Source: Podarcis liolepis (Eukaryota). Taken from it: a DNA stretch of 64,000 nucleotides. The DNA lies in the NCBI GenBank assembly GCA_965112155.1, contig OZ218107.1. The stretch is one strand, 5' to 3'. The translations under genes and the position numbers were made by a program. Under the pieces are notes generated by a model. It was given only the letters and a program-made list of their open reading frames with translations. It was not told the DNA's origin and made no database searches. Shown one piece after another: positions 1 to 12,024 of this stretch (the first letter of the stretch is position 1; each line of letters opens with the position of its first letter).

Positions 1-33
<33 letters not shown>
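1..33. repeat. (AC)n microsatellite
   Basis: Seen directly; truncated by the window start. Confidence 0.95.
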
Positions 34-35
<2 letters not shown>

Positions 36-545
36 GAGAGAGAGTTGCCTCCAACATTCAAAACTCTCATTGTTCTAGGTGCATTTTGCAACAGGGAATT
101 TCATTAATGCAAGCAGTTTCTGAGGTCTGGGTGCAGTACTGTGCATAAGACTTCAGATTAAAACTGCCACTGCTGGAAGAAAAGGAAGATTTTTTTCTGC
201 CTCCCTACTTCTAGCCACTCTCTGGAGAAGGGACTCTCATAAGAATATTAGGGGGACGGGCAGGGGAAGTATGGCTTTGTTTTTTGCAGTCTTCAGATGA
301 GGACTGGACCATGTGAAAAAGGAATATAAGATTTTAGCTGTAGTTCATTCATTTTCAGCTTTGCATTCTTGTTATAAAAAAGCACACCTAGACACTCCAT
401 TGTGGCACCATTAACTTAGGTTTAAGATATCATTTAAGCTCTTAGCTTTTATATCTCAGTTTCTAACACTGGTTGCCAATCCCACCACCACCACCAATAA
501 ACAGCTGACTGGGGAAATGTTTCTTTGTATTACATGTACTTCCTT

Positions 546-657
546 TTGCAGTGCTGGGCTAGGAGGAAAGACAGCCCTGTCCTAGCCCAACACTGCAACA
601 GGGTGGAAAAACAGCACCATTGCAAGAAAGTAAAAGCTCTTTCTTGCAATGGTGCTG
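546..657. repeat. Two adjacent 19-bp inverted repeats
   Basis: 546-564 / 580-598 (18 of 19 match) and 612-630 / 639-657 (19 of 19). Confidence 0.9.
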
Positions 658-681
658 CTGCAGCGAGTGAAGAGGGGTTTT

Positions 682-727
682 TCCAAGTTGAGAAGAGGCA
701 TCCAAGTTGAGAAAAGGCATCCAAGTT
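682..727. repeat. 19-bp tandem repeat, about 2.4 copies
   Basis: tccaagttgagaagaggca / tccaagttgagaaaaggca / tccaagtt. Confidence 0.9.
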
Positions 728-1659
728 TGATAGACGGTAGCCTACTAGAAGTGTCTTTGGCAGCCTGTGCAATCAACACTGAAGATGTGGGTGAAAAGTG
801 TTCTAGAGTGGTGCATTTCCTCTTCACATGCCTGTTAGCTAACACTGTGAGGTTACAATGGAGAAGAATAATACTTGCAAGCAAAGCACTGGATGTCAAA
901 TATTCTGGAAGAAATGTGTGACCCATTCTTTATGATTAATATTTGTAACCTACCTATCAAATAGTGCATAAAGCAAAGCTTGCTGTCAGCATTTCAGGTA
1001 GGTCAGAAAAACTAAAGCAACAGCTGTTTAGTCAGTCTAAATAAAAGCACTGCAAATGTGTACTGGTGATCTCTTCTGTTGCTTTGAATGACAAATGATT
1101 GTACCATTATTGTGACTGTTGTTCTGTGACCACCAAGGACCTGTTCTTTCATGTAAGAGAAAACAGACTCACCACCTTTTCTGTTGATCAAGCTGTTCTT
1201 CTGAGAGCACTATATTCTTGGGCTAAGCTACATATTTGCCTGCGATTTACTTTTTAATCAACACACTATACAGTAGTGTTTTCAGCTGTAACGTTTAGAC
1301 ACTGAAGAAGTGGTTAAGTGACTGACCTCAAAGCAGTACTCAGCAAACTTTCACTGAACAAGGCAGTAAAATTGATTTCCTGTCCTGAACCAGCCAACTT
1401 CTTTTGTTACATTATAAGAACATAAGGTGAAATCTAACACTAGCCATACTCAGAGCACACTGCATTGAAATCAATAGACGAATGTATCAGCAGTTGGATT
1501 GCCCACTAATTTCAAGCTAACAGTAACTCTTCCAACAGGAAGAGTGTTCAGCCTGGTTACAAAACCACAAAAAACAACTACATAAATAAACAACTACATA
1601 AATAAAAGCCTAAAATTGATCTGTATTTCCCCAGATTGTGCTAGAGCTCACCTTTAAAC

Positions 1660-1950
1660 CCTTAAGAGCTTCAGCTGAGGCCTTCCTGTATGCAACAAAG
1701 ATAGGACCTTTTCTGCAGTGACTTCCTAACTGCAGAATGCTATTCCCCAAAAAGAGACATCATCAATAGTACAGTCTTTTCAGTGTCAGGTTAGCATTTG
1801 CTCTGACATTTTAAAGAAGTATGTTGCCTCAGTCTGCTTCTAGTTTCTAGATTTTTGGTGCCTCGTGGCCTGTAGATTACTATGAAGGATGTTATAGTAT
1901 TTGTATTGTGAATAGTGCTTATATCCCTGGATGTGAATTTAATGAAGACG
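1660..1950 (+). mobile_element. Highly decayed L2 3' end
   Basis: gaggccttcctg...aggaccttttctgcagtgacttcctaactgcagaatgc resembles the L2 RAFSV.AP.LWN end, followed by a T-rich tail. Confidence 0.45.
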
Positions 1951-2073
1951 GAAACATTCACCAATTATGGCCATGATCTTCAAGCAGGGAAGAGAACTGT
2001 GATTCTGCTGACAATGGTCTTCACTTGGTCTTCTACCATGGATGCAACATTAGCACACACAAAAAGGCAGGTA

Positions 2074-2304
2074 CAGTGGTACCTCGGGTTACAAACGGTT
2101 TGGGTTACAAACGCTTCAGGTTACAGACTTCGCTAACCCGGAAGTAGTACCTCGGGTTAAGAACTTTACTTCAGGATGAGAACAGAAATCGTGCGGCGGC
2201 AGCGTGAGGCCCCATTAGCTAAAGTGGTACTTCATGTTAAGAACAGTTTCAGGTTAAGAACAGACCTCCGGAATGAATTAAGTTCTTAACCAGAGGTACC
2301 ACTG
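2074..2304 (+). mobile_element. Tc1/mariner-type MITE (lizard family), full length
   Basis: TIRs cagtggtacctcgggtta / taaccagaggtaccactg, TA on both sides, and three more copies in the window. Confidence 0.92.
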
Positions 2305-2352
2305 TATTGACATTTTTTTGGCTACATTAGTGGTAGCTATGCAAAAAGTAGA

Positions 2353-2697
2353 GGGACGTGGGTGGGGCTGTGGGTGAAAACCTCAGCGCCTAGGGCTTGC
2401 CGATTGAAAGGTCGGCGGTTCAAATCCCCGCGGCGGGGTGCGCTCCCGTTGCTCGGTCCCAGCGCCTGCCAACCTAGCAGTTCGAAAGCACCTCCAGGTG
2501 CAAGTAGATAAATAGGGACCGCTTACTGGCGGGAAGGTAAACGGTGTTTCCATGTGCTGTGCTGGCTCGCCAGATGCAGCTTTGTCACGCTGGCCACGTG
2601 ACCCAGAAGTGTCTCCAGACAGCGCTGGCTGGAGTGAGATGGGCGCACAACCCTAGAGTCTGTCAAGACTGGCCCGTACGGGCAGGGGTACCTTTAC
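2353..2697 (+). mobile_element. Sauria SINE (Squam1-type), variant A
   Basis: tRNA-like head with A box (gtggggctgtgg) and B box (ggttcaaatcc), typical body and acctttacct tail. 14-bp TSD ctatgcaaaaagta at 2337-2350 and 2698-2711. Confidence 0.92.
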
Positions 2698-3150
2698 CTA
2701 TGCAAAAAGTAAGGGAAGGAGATCTGGCCTGAGCTATACTGTCACATGTTACTATCTGCAAAATCCCCTTCTAGCATTTTAAATCACTCAATACTTAATT
2801 GTCCTACTAGTTTATCACCTATTAAGAATGTCATTATTTCCTTCTCTGTTCTTTCCCAAGTTTTGCCATAAGTCCCAACTATAGATTTTTTATTCCTTTT
2901 CTTCCTAGGTAGCTAAACATATTACACCTTGTTAGTTGTATGAACAGTAGCCTTATGTTCAGTAAGAAGCTGTTGGTGGTTATTTGACAACTGTTACTGT
3001 CAAAGAAAATAATTGTAAATTTCATATTACTCCAACCTATTTTTCTTAATCCTGAAATGGCTTGACACCTATTTGTTTGCTGTATCCTTTCACGATTAAG
3101 TTCTAAATATAAGTGCCCAGTGCATTCATTAGTGTAAGGGAACTTTTTTT

Positions 3151-3322
3151 ATAGATCACAGAATTGTAGCATTGGAACGGACCCCAAGGGTCATCTAGTC
3201 CAACCCCTGCAGTGCAGGAATCTCAACTAGATCATATACAACCTCTGCTTAAAAACCTCCAAGGAAGAGTTGTTGCACTGTCAAACAGCTCTTACTATCA
3301 GAAAGTTCTTCCTGATGTTCTA
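3151..3322 (-). mobile_element. CR1 LINE 3' fragment
   Basis: cacagaat terminal octamer, gggtcatctagtccaacccctgc 3'UTR and gaaagttcttcctgatgtt. Confidence 0.85.
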
Positions 3323-4795
3323 GGGCAGCAGACTGTTTTCAAATTTACAGAGGTACAGTCTAAGGGCTCATCAAGACTTCCACTTGTCCCACTGCTTTCC
3401 TCTGGGTGAAACTCAATCTTTACCACTGAATTGGAGCAAACATCATTCGGGTTTCCAACGCATTAACATTTGCTCTTACTCGGTGTTTGGGAGAAGGTTT
3501 CCCCTGGGAATGTGGCAGGACAAAAACAGCTCAGATCCATGCTTTCTAGGCACAGGAGAAGCAGAAATGTGCACAAGCCCAAAGTCCATTAAGCATTATG
3601 CAAATCCTTAGCTGATCTGCTTCCAAAGCTCTGCACATTGTGCTTTGCAAGCCCAGACCATCAGCTGATGTTCAGGGCTTACAAAGTGCTCTGGAAGGGG
3701 CATTGCATAAAACTTTGCAGGTAACACAGCAACTGATCAACTGATTGGCAATTCCTGCAAATGCCCTTTCAGCCCAGCTGCAGCTTTACATGTCCCATGT
3801 CGGGTATAGGGCAGGTGGGTGTGGCTTGGCCAAAGTGCCCCTACAGGTCATGGGCTGGAGGTTTCGCACCATAGAGTTTGGACTATAGTTGTCCAAATAT
3901 AGTTTGCCATCCCCTACCCTCAAAGAATATTATATGCATAGGAGGCACTGTATAGACTTTTTCTCCCCCCTCAAAATCGAATTACTGCTAGTTACCAAAT
4001 GATTGTGGAAGTCAATGGAATGACTACGCAACTTGCTTAGACATCCAAAGATATCTAAAGGTATATACTGCTCATCTTGGTGGGGAGGGGGGCTGCAATC
4101 TTTGGACAGATGTATTTAGTGACAAAATAGTATGCAAATACTATGCATATTTTGTATAGCTTTAGTCCAGATTTCAGGCTGAATTTTGCTGAAGAGTAAA
4201 AGAAAACAGACCTAATTCTCTTGCCTTTCCTTTCTAAATAACTTCTCAGGTAGACATTTGGATCAGTATTGAAAGATCCTCAGGAAACATTATTAATGAG
4301 TACTTCGTACTACATGGACTTTTGATTGTATTTGTTGCTTTGGGAGAGTCAGAAATCCAATATACATAGACAAATAAGGTCATACATAGAATTAAATCTC
4401 TAAACAGCAAAGGAAGCACCTTATCCGATACAATTAAGAATAGTAGGAAACTTGGTTGGACATATACCTATAAACCTACTAATTTTATCCAACAGTGTAA
4501 GTATATTATTAGCAAGAGGGATTCCCAATGCCACCATAATGATCAGAGCAGGACCAAATCCTACCGATCTGAAGCACCTGTAGTGGGATAGTACACTGTG
4601 CTTTCTGAAGGCCCAAAATATAGTTAAGCAAGCTGATAGGGCTGGCAAATTTCACCTGTCTTCTTCCCTTAATATGAAAATGTTGTTTGGTGCTAGCTTA
4701 GTTTAGCAAACATAAAAACAAGAAGGGCAATAGGACTGCAGAATACAGGTAACGAACATCTTACATGCAAGGTACACTCCTGGTCATAATGTATA

Positions 4796-4925
4796 CAGTG
4801 GTACCTCGGGTTACATACGCTTCAGGTCACATACGCTTTAGGTTACAGACTCCGCTAACCCAGAAATAGTACCTCGGGTTAAGAACTTTGCTTCGGGATG
4901 AGAACAGAAATCGTGCTCCGGCAGC
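4796..4925 (+). mobile_element. Same Tc1/mariner MITE, one-ended fragment nested in the Tigger element
   Basis: Near-identical to the first ~130 bp of 2074-2304 and preceded by TA. The right half is missing. Confidence 0.88.
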
Positions 4926-5099
4926 AAAATCACATACAGGCAGAATGATCCCTATGAATCATTTTAAAGCAGTTTCTAAAATTGCTGTACTTACAAGTGA
5001 GGGAGAAATGCAACTCTCAAGTCTTCTTCCTTCTCGCCCTCTCTGGATGATGCTTCAGATGATATGAGGACCAGGAGAGTTGATCAGTAGCCAGAAGTG

Positions 5100-6323
5100 T
5101 TTGGCTGTGGTCCAGGTCCAGAGGTTGGTTACATGGGAACATCTGGTGCTGCTGGTTCCTTTGTGAGGAATATAGTGACAGCTGCTGATGTTGCCTCCTG
5201 AGCTCGTCAAACATTTCCTTGTACAGTGTCTACCATAGATTATCTTGAGGTTGTGTTCCAAATTGCAATCAGATCATTTGCATGATTTATTACTTGGATG
5301 AATTGAGAAAATTTCTGCAGGTTCCAGCTTCTGGATCATGCTCACCATCCTTATCCTCATCTTCAGCCTCACATTCTGTACTTGATCTGACCAGTTCCTC
5401 CAGTGCTTCAACAGTAAATACTTGTTGGCCTTCAATTAGCTCTTCCACTTCTTCCTGGATGAGATCAACAAAGCTATCACCACCCACTCACCTGGCCATC
5501 TGCACAATGTCCTCCACCTCAGTGGCAATGCTTGAAAATCCCTAGAAATTGTACATGCATTCCTTCCACAAGAGCCACCAACATACATTCACTGTTTCAG
5601 GCTTGATTGCATCCACTGCCTGATTGTCATAGGCAATGTTGAAGGACTTCTGAATCAGCATCCATTGTGTTGATCATCCAGAAGATGACCTTTGTGTAAG
5701 CAGTCCTGAAGCAGCACATCACAACTTGATCCAGAGGCTGGATGAAGTAAATCATGAGGGGCAGGGGAGAACCTCTCTTTTGCCATGTGCAAAGTCCCTT
5801 GTGATGCTCAGAAGCACTGTCCACATGCAATATCACTTTAAACTTCAGGTGTTTCTCCTCACCTCTAGAATGAACCAGCCCAGTTGTGGAAACAATCCAG
5901 AAATGATGAAGTCACCCTGGTCTTTTTGCTGGATTGCCAAAACACAGAAAGCAGATTCTTGTTCTTGCCTTTTTGGGCACATGGTTTATCTGACCTGGAC
6001 ACAGAGCCTGGCTTTATTAAATGTCCAGCTGCATTGCAACAGAGTGGCACAGTCACTCAGTCCTTTGCATCTTTGAAGCCAGGGGTTTGCGTTTCAGCTT
6101 TGGCCATGTAAGTCCACTCAAGCACTTTCTCCCAGAAAAGCTTCATCTCATCTGTGTTGAAGACTTCCTCTGAAAGATAAGCTTTGCCATCCAGCGGTTG
6201 CTTTAGTTGTACAGGGTACATTTTTCAAAGACTCTTTGTCTGCAGATGCAGCCTTCCCTGTCATTTGGATATTTAAACTACCCACTGCTCCTTTGGTTTC
6301 TCAGCCTTGCGTTTGGGGACCAT
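5100..6323 (-). pseudogene. Tigger/pogo (DDE_1) transposase pseudogene, DNA-binding HTH region deleted
   Basis: Broken frames give MVPKRK (ATG 6323-6321), NIQMTGKAASAD, VFNTDE..LFW, PGFKDAKD*VTVPLCCNAAGHLIKPG, KNKNLLSVFWQS, FKVILHVDSA, FIQPLDQ and an acidic tail EAEDEDKDGE, all Tigger/TIGD1-like motifs. Many stops and frameshifts; the 3' end is approximate. Confidence 0.9.
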
Positions 6324-6578
6324 TCTGCAGTCTGAAGCTCCACCAATCACCTCTTCCACACTCCAAACCCTTCCGTTCTCTCTCCAAACCCTTCCACAAG
6401 TCTCTCTGGCCTCCTCGGATCACCCTCTCCAAGTGCCTCTTCTGCACTCAAACATTCTCATGAAGGCTGCTGGGATTGCTGGCCATTTTCTCCTGCTTTC
6501 CTGCTCCCTTTCCCCCCACCATTTTAACATCATTAAAAAAAATTATTATTATTATTTGACAACATGCATAAAGCTGAC

Positions 6579-6943
6579 GGGATGCGGGTGGCGCTGTGGG
6601 TAAAACCTCAGTGCCTAGGACTTGCCAGTCGCATGGTCGGGGGTTCGAATCCCCACGGCAGGGTGAGCTCCCGTCGTTCGGTCCCAGCTCCTGCCCACCT
6701 AGCAGTTCGAAAGCACCCTTAAGTGCAAGTAGATAAATAGGTACCGCTTTATAGCTGGAAGGTAAATGGCGTTTTCGTGTGCTGCTCTGGTGTTGGTTCG
6801 CCAGAGCAGCTTCGTCACGCTGGCCACGTGACCCGGAAGTGTCTGCGGACAGCGCTGGCTCCCGGCCTCTAGAGTGAGATGAGCGCACAACCCTAGAGTC
6901 TGTCAAGACTGGCCCGTACGGGCAGTGGTACCTTTACCTTTTT
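6579..6943 (+). mobile_element. Sauria SINE, variant A, inserted in the Tigger element
   Basis: Highly similar to the 2353 copy, with B box ggttcgaatcc. 9-bp TSD ataaagctg at 6568-6576 and 6944-6952. Confidence 0.92.
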
Positions 6944-9900
6944 ATAAAGCTGCAAGCATTTGCTAAAAAAGCATAAATCTGTGAGTTACCTGTATAAAAT
7001 TATGAATAGCAAAGTTCATGTGGATATTGTTTTGGGGGTAATCAGTGGTCAAAAGCACAAAGATATTGTAATTCCGTCTCTGAAAAACAATTAGTCCCTG
7101 CAGCACATAGCAGACACCCTGATTTAGGGACAATGATTAAGACTACCAACTCTACTAAGTGAATGGAATTATATGCTGCGTTTTCTTCTGCCGAAGTAGA
7201 ATCAGAAAAACAAAAGAAACAAAACCAAACAAAAACCAACCCCAGACAGATGTTAGCTTTGGCTAAAGCGAAAAGAAGACTCGAATCTGATGCTTAGTTC
7301 CTTTTGTATCTTTTTACAACAATCTATTTAATCCTCTCTATTTTCTTATAAACGCAAACCATTAAGGGGAACATACAATGCAATCATGAAAGGTTGAATT
7401 ATTTGGGCCCTTTTATGCCAAGCAATAGGACCATGACCAGCATCGCTCTTTGAGGTGCCAAGATTACATGAGTAATGACAATATTTTCCACATGGGACCT
7501 CTAGTTTCTGCTGTAGTTATCTGATGTGATAACCATCTGAACCAATACATTTACAGCTATTATTTTTTACTACTCCTCCTACATGGCTGACATACTAAAT
7601 CCTTGATTCAAAAACGAAGTCAAGCGGTAGACAAACTTCAGGGAAGAGTATAGAAAATAAGAAATAGATCACTCACAGATTCTGAAGATTTAAGGGTCTT
7701 ATCTAGGTAAAAAGTTTGCATTTGGTTTCATTCTAAAGGATTTTATTTAGAAAGAGACAGGGGCTCCCAACAGCATGAATCCAGCTTGATGTGATGCGTT
7801 ATTGTGTTTCTATGCTGCTTTTCATGCAAGGAATCCCAAAGTCACTTACCAACAATAAATAACAATAACGTAACATCACAAGTACAGCATAAATAATATA
7901 ATTAGCAAATCATCAGTAAAATGATTACGATCTATAAAACACTATTAACAAACCAAGAACTAAAAAATAAGCTAAAATCTGTTAGAGAGGCAGCCATTTC
8001 ACAGTAAATAATAGCTTAGTCTGGTTCAGATGTAATGGCCAGGCTATGGCTTGACTATCATGAATGACCATTTGGTTATCCCCTTGTGTTCTCCATCCCT
8101 TCTCTTCCCATGAACCCTTAATTTCTCTCCCTCACTTCCTGGTTTGAGCAAACCACAGTTTGTCTGATTTGAATGCCAGATCAATCTAACGGGTAGAGGA
8201 AAATGGAGTGTATGATTGCAGGAACAAGGGCATATATCCAAGGACTATTCACAAACATTCTGAATTAAGGGTTTTAAGCATCATAACCTGTACAACAGAG
8301 GATATTTTTAAAAGATAAAATGTAGGTTCATACTTCCTGTTTGACATTTCCAAAATTCAGTCTTCCAGCTACTGACTTAAGCAGGGAATCTGCGCCCTCA
8401 CATGGATTACTATGCAGGATAGGAACCTTCAGATCATAAGGAATGAGAAAGCACTTCCCATTTGTGACAATCATGGGACTTTAGTATCAACAATGGGAAG
8501 AAAAACCACATGCTTTAACAAGCAAGTAGCTACCTGATTAACCCCCTGAAACAGCATAATAAACATGAAGGGTCAACAGTGTCATATATAATCATATTGT
8601 CTACTATATTAATGGCAGCTATGTTCTGATTATTAAACATGACATCTTTTAACCTTTCAGCATATTGAATATGACACAGCTATTTATTGGCAATCATATC
8701 TTATTGCATTCATACTTGTTGTTTCAAGTACCAGGTACCACAAAGCCAAGAATGAATAAAGCAGAAATAAACCAATGTTCTACCTCGTACCTTTTGCTCA
8801 TGAGAGAGGGAAAGGGGAAAAGAAAGAATAAGAGAGACCAATGGGCCATCAGGCGCCTTTCAAGAGAACTTAAGTTTCCCAACTGCTGAGAGATACAGAT
8901 GAGAGCATCTCAAAGGGCAAGGTGATCTGATCTTTAGGATGTTTGTGAATAGAGCTTGGAAACTAGGTAGCACAAGGTGGTTTCAAAATTCTATCAAGAA
9001 GTGTCCATATATCTGGAGTCCATCTGAAAGAAAGATGTGTATTTTGTTTCTAGCCACAAATTAGTATCTTTGTGACAACATGTGTGGCACTTTTTTTGTT
9101 GAGCTCAAACACCAGAAGTCAATCTCATTTAAAATCATTCCCTATGCTGTCTCAGTCGGGATGCTACATTGATAGGAATGTAAAAGTCTTTGCAGACACA
9201 ACAGAATAAGAAAAAAAATTGGCCACAATTTCAAGGAAAGCTTGTAGTCACAATTATACGCTGGCATGAGCATGTTTGCAAATGGTAATAAAGTCACCCT
9301 CTACAGGAAAGCGCCAGGCTTTTCTGAATTTGTGCCCTTCTTATTGGCTGACCCTTGGAACAGTATTATCGCCGACTATGAACGGAAGCTACTCCAAAGG
9401 CTTTTTAGCTGGAAATAAAAGCACCATAATGAACAGATTTGCTAAGGGATGGGCTATTGAACCACAGTGAAAAGGCTAGCATCTCCAGCACCTAAAGATG
9501 CCTTTCAGGAGGGAGCCTGCAGCTGAACAGATTGGGCTGTGCATCTCCATCCTTGCATACACAGGAGCCATCTGGAAAGAAACATCTTGTTCTTGAAAGA
9601 GCAAAGGATGAAAAGGAAAAATTAGAAATGTGGGCTCCCTGATTAAATGTAAAATGATAGGTGCTTATCTCATTATTGCCCTTGTCTTAAGCATTGCTAA
9701 GAATATACTGTTTATCTCACCTTCACACGCTTAAAGTTTTCTCCTCTTTCTTCTGACTGACTACCTTAAGGGAGCCACATTGCAAAACAGTGTTGGTTTG
9801 TCTTCATGCCAAGAATGATCCTATACAGCATGAACAACTGCAGGAACAAAACAATGCAACATATGGTCTATCCAAAACTAGGGAAGTCTTAATTTTTCAG

Positions 9901-10073
9901 GGGTTGATAATCTTACAAAATGATCCCACCTATTTACAGCCTATGGCAATAGCAGGAAAGCGGAGGGCCTTGGACTAAAAGTAATCTGAAGGTCACCTAT
10001 TCTTATTTCTGTGCTTGGAAGAATCCAATACACGCTAAACCTCACATTGATACATATATATCACCTAGGTAAC

Positions 10074-10525
10074 CAGGGGTGGAGGAAGGGGGCAGTGGGG
10101 GTGGTGTGCCCCAGGTATCATCACCGGGGGGTGACATTTGGCGTACCACCTGCCCACGACTCTCTAGCCTACCCCGAGCCTTGAGGGGAAGGGGCGGAGC
10201 TGTGCCACCTTCCTGGCAGCCTTCCCCCTTCGCTTTGCCAGCTCAGGGGATGCTTGGAAGTCATGGGCGGGTGGCGCACCATTGCCCCCCATTCCCGGGC
10301 TGCTTCCTGGGGGGAAGCCTCCCTGAGCTATCAAAAGGAAGGGAAGCACAGCTCCTCCCCCCCCCCACAGGAAGCTGGCTGCAGTGCGCCCCTGGGAAGC
10401 TCGCCATGGGTGGCACCCCCCTGGGACGCTCACCCCACTCCCTGGGACGCTCGCCCCGCCCCCATGGCCCCAGGTGCACGGCACGTGCTCCGCTCCAGGT
10501 GCTGGAGCAGCTAGCTCCGCCTCTG
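10074..10525. mobile_element. Non-autonomous hAT-type element (452 bp, GC-rich)
   Basis: Perfect 8-bp TSD taggtaac (10066-10073 and 10526-10533) and termini caggggtggag / ctccgcctctg. Confidence 0.88.
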
Positions 10526-11765
10526 TAGGTAACTGAGAAGATCATCACAGGGAAGAGGACTGAACCACTTACAGGAGATGTTTGTAACAAAAACAGCTCA
10601 TTTTAAGCATGTAAAGTTTGTTATGCACCTGAGGAAGGTAGCAAAGCTCTCTAGGGTCATGCAAAAATCTGGGAGAAAAATGCAGAAATCCCACTTGGCC
10701 ACAAAAATAATGATCAGGACCAGAAGTGAAATCACCAGGGAGTTTTAACCAGGTCATATTCTGCACTTTAGAATTTCAGGGAAAACTTAAGAAACAGCAA
10801 ACTGTATTCATGCTAGCTGAACAGATACAGTATATAGCAGCTTTCGGTAGATTGCAAAAAGTTTTTAGTTAGGTACTCATGTAGTGTTTACTTGAACTGT
10901 AGGTCTATAGACATGTACCTTGGGGAAAGTCTCATTGAACACCCACCCAGGTTTACTTCTGCATAGATATGCATTGGATTGCACTGTCAGATAAGCAATT
11001 AGGATTGTACCTCCCCAAAGCTAATTTAACAGGTGATAGTAATATACAAATGGGGACCCACATTTGTATCTTTCTCCAGCCCATGGCAAGAATGCTCCTA
11101 TTCAGGAGTCATGCCAGCCTGGACTATGGTAGATTTCAGGAGGGGTCGAATGAAATATCCTGCACCCCCCCCTCGTGAAAACTTTCCAGCTATTAATGTA
11201 TTTTTAAGACTGATACCCAATCTTGTCTGAAAAACCTTAAAGCAGCATGCAGTGTGGGATTTGGAGGAGTTTGCAGGCTTTTTAGCCGGTTCCCCACTAT
11301 AAATAATTTCACATATACATACAGTATCCAAGAATGTAACTCCTGAATAAGTTGGGAGATGCCTGTAGGTCACAACTGCAACATTTATACAATGTTTAAA
11401 GCTGTTCACAAACATAATTGAGCTACATTTTTTCCTGAATCTGGTTGCTGGTGGCAGGATTCTGCTAAGTAAATAAATACTTATGAAGTCATCTTTTTCT
11501 GTACATGAATCAAAGCTCAACAGATCTATTGTAAAATAATCACATCAGAAGATCCACAGCAAATATGAGAGACTGAGTCAATAAAAGACACTGTAATAAT
11601 GAGAACTGTGATGACAGCCAGACAGACTCCCTAGTTTTTATTTATATATACCTTAACTTCTTTCATACGCTTAACTACCATTGCATTTATTTGAAGGATG
11701 CGGGAAATGAGTGAGAAAATTTAGAGGCAGATGACCATTTTCGTATGATGATATTTCACAAGCTA

Positions 11766-12024
11766 CCGTATTTTTCGCTCTATAAGACGCACCAGACCAC
11801 AAGACGCACCTAGTTTTTGGAGGAGGAAAACAAGAAAAAAAATATTCTGAATCTCAGAACCCAGAACAGCAAAAGGGATCTCTGCGCAGTGAAAGCAGCA
11901 ATCCCTCTTGCTGTTCTGGCTTCTGGGATAGCTGCGCAGCCTGCATTCGCTCCTTAAGACACACACACATATCCCCTTACTTTTTAGGAGGGAAAAAGTG
12001 AGTCTTATAGAGCAAAAAACACGA
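11766..12024. mobile_element. Tc1/mariner (Tc2/pogo-like) MITE
   Basis: TA|ccgtatttttcgctctataagac ... gtcttatagagcaaaaaacacga|TA: ~23-bp imperfect TIRs with TA duplication. Confidence 0.88.

Larger units (their letters stand above)
4746..6992 (-). mobile_element. Decayed Tigger/pogo-family DNA transposon with nested MITE and Sauria SINE
   Basis: TA|CAGGTAAC at 4744-4753 and GTTACCTG|TA at 6985-6994 give an inverted terminal core plus TA target duplication. These ends enclose a pogo-type transposase pseudogene. Confidence 0.85.

Noticed and set aside
682-727. CRISPR-like repeat
   Set aside because: Contiguous tandem copies with no spacers, in vertebrate DNA with no cas genes.
5100-6323. Domesticated TIGD-type host gene
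   Set aside because: Multiple stops and frameshifts, HTH region deleted and terminal repeats retained: a dead transposon copy.
6985-7230. Minus-strand exon using an acceptor near 7190 and a donor at 6985-6992
   Set aside because: The apparent donor is the Tigger terminal repeat, and the pyrimidine tract is a simple (A)nC repeat.
10079-10590. ORFs of 86-149 aa
   Set aside because: They lie almost entirely in a GC-rich non-autonomous hAT element bounded by a TSD.
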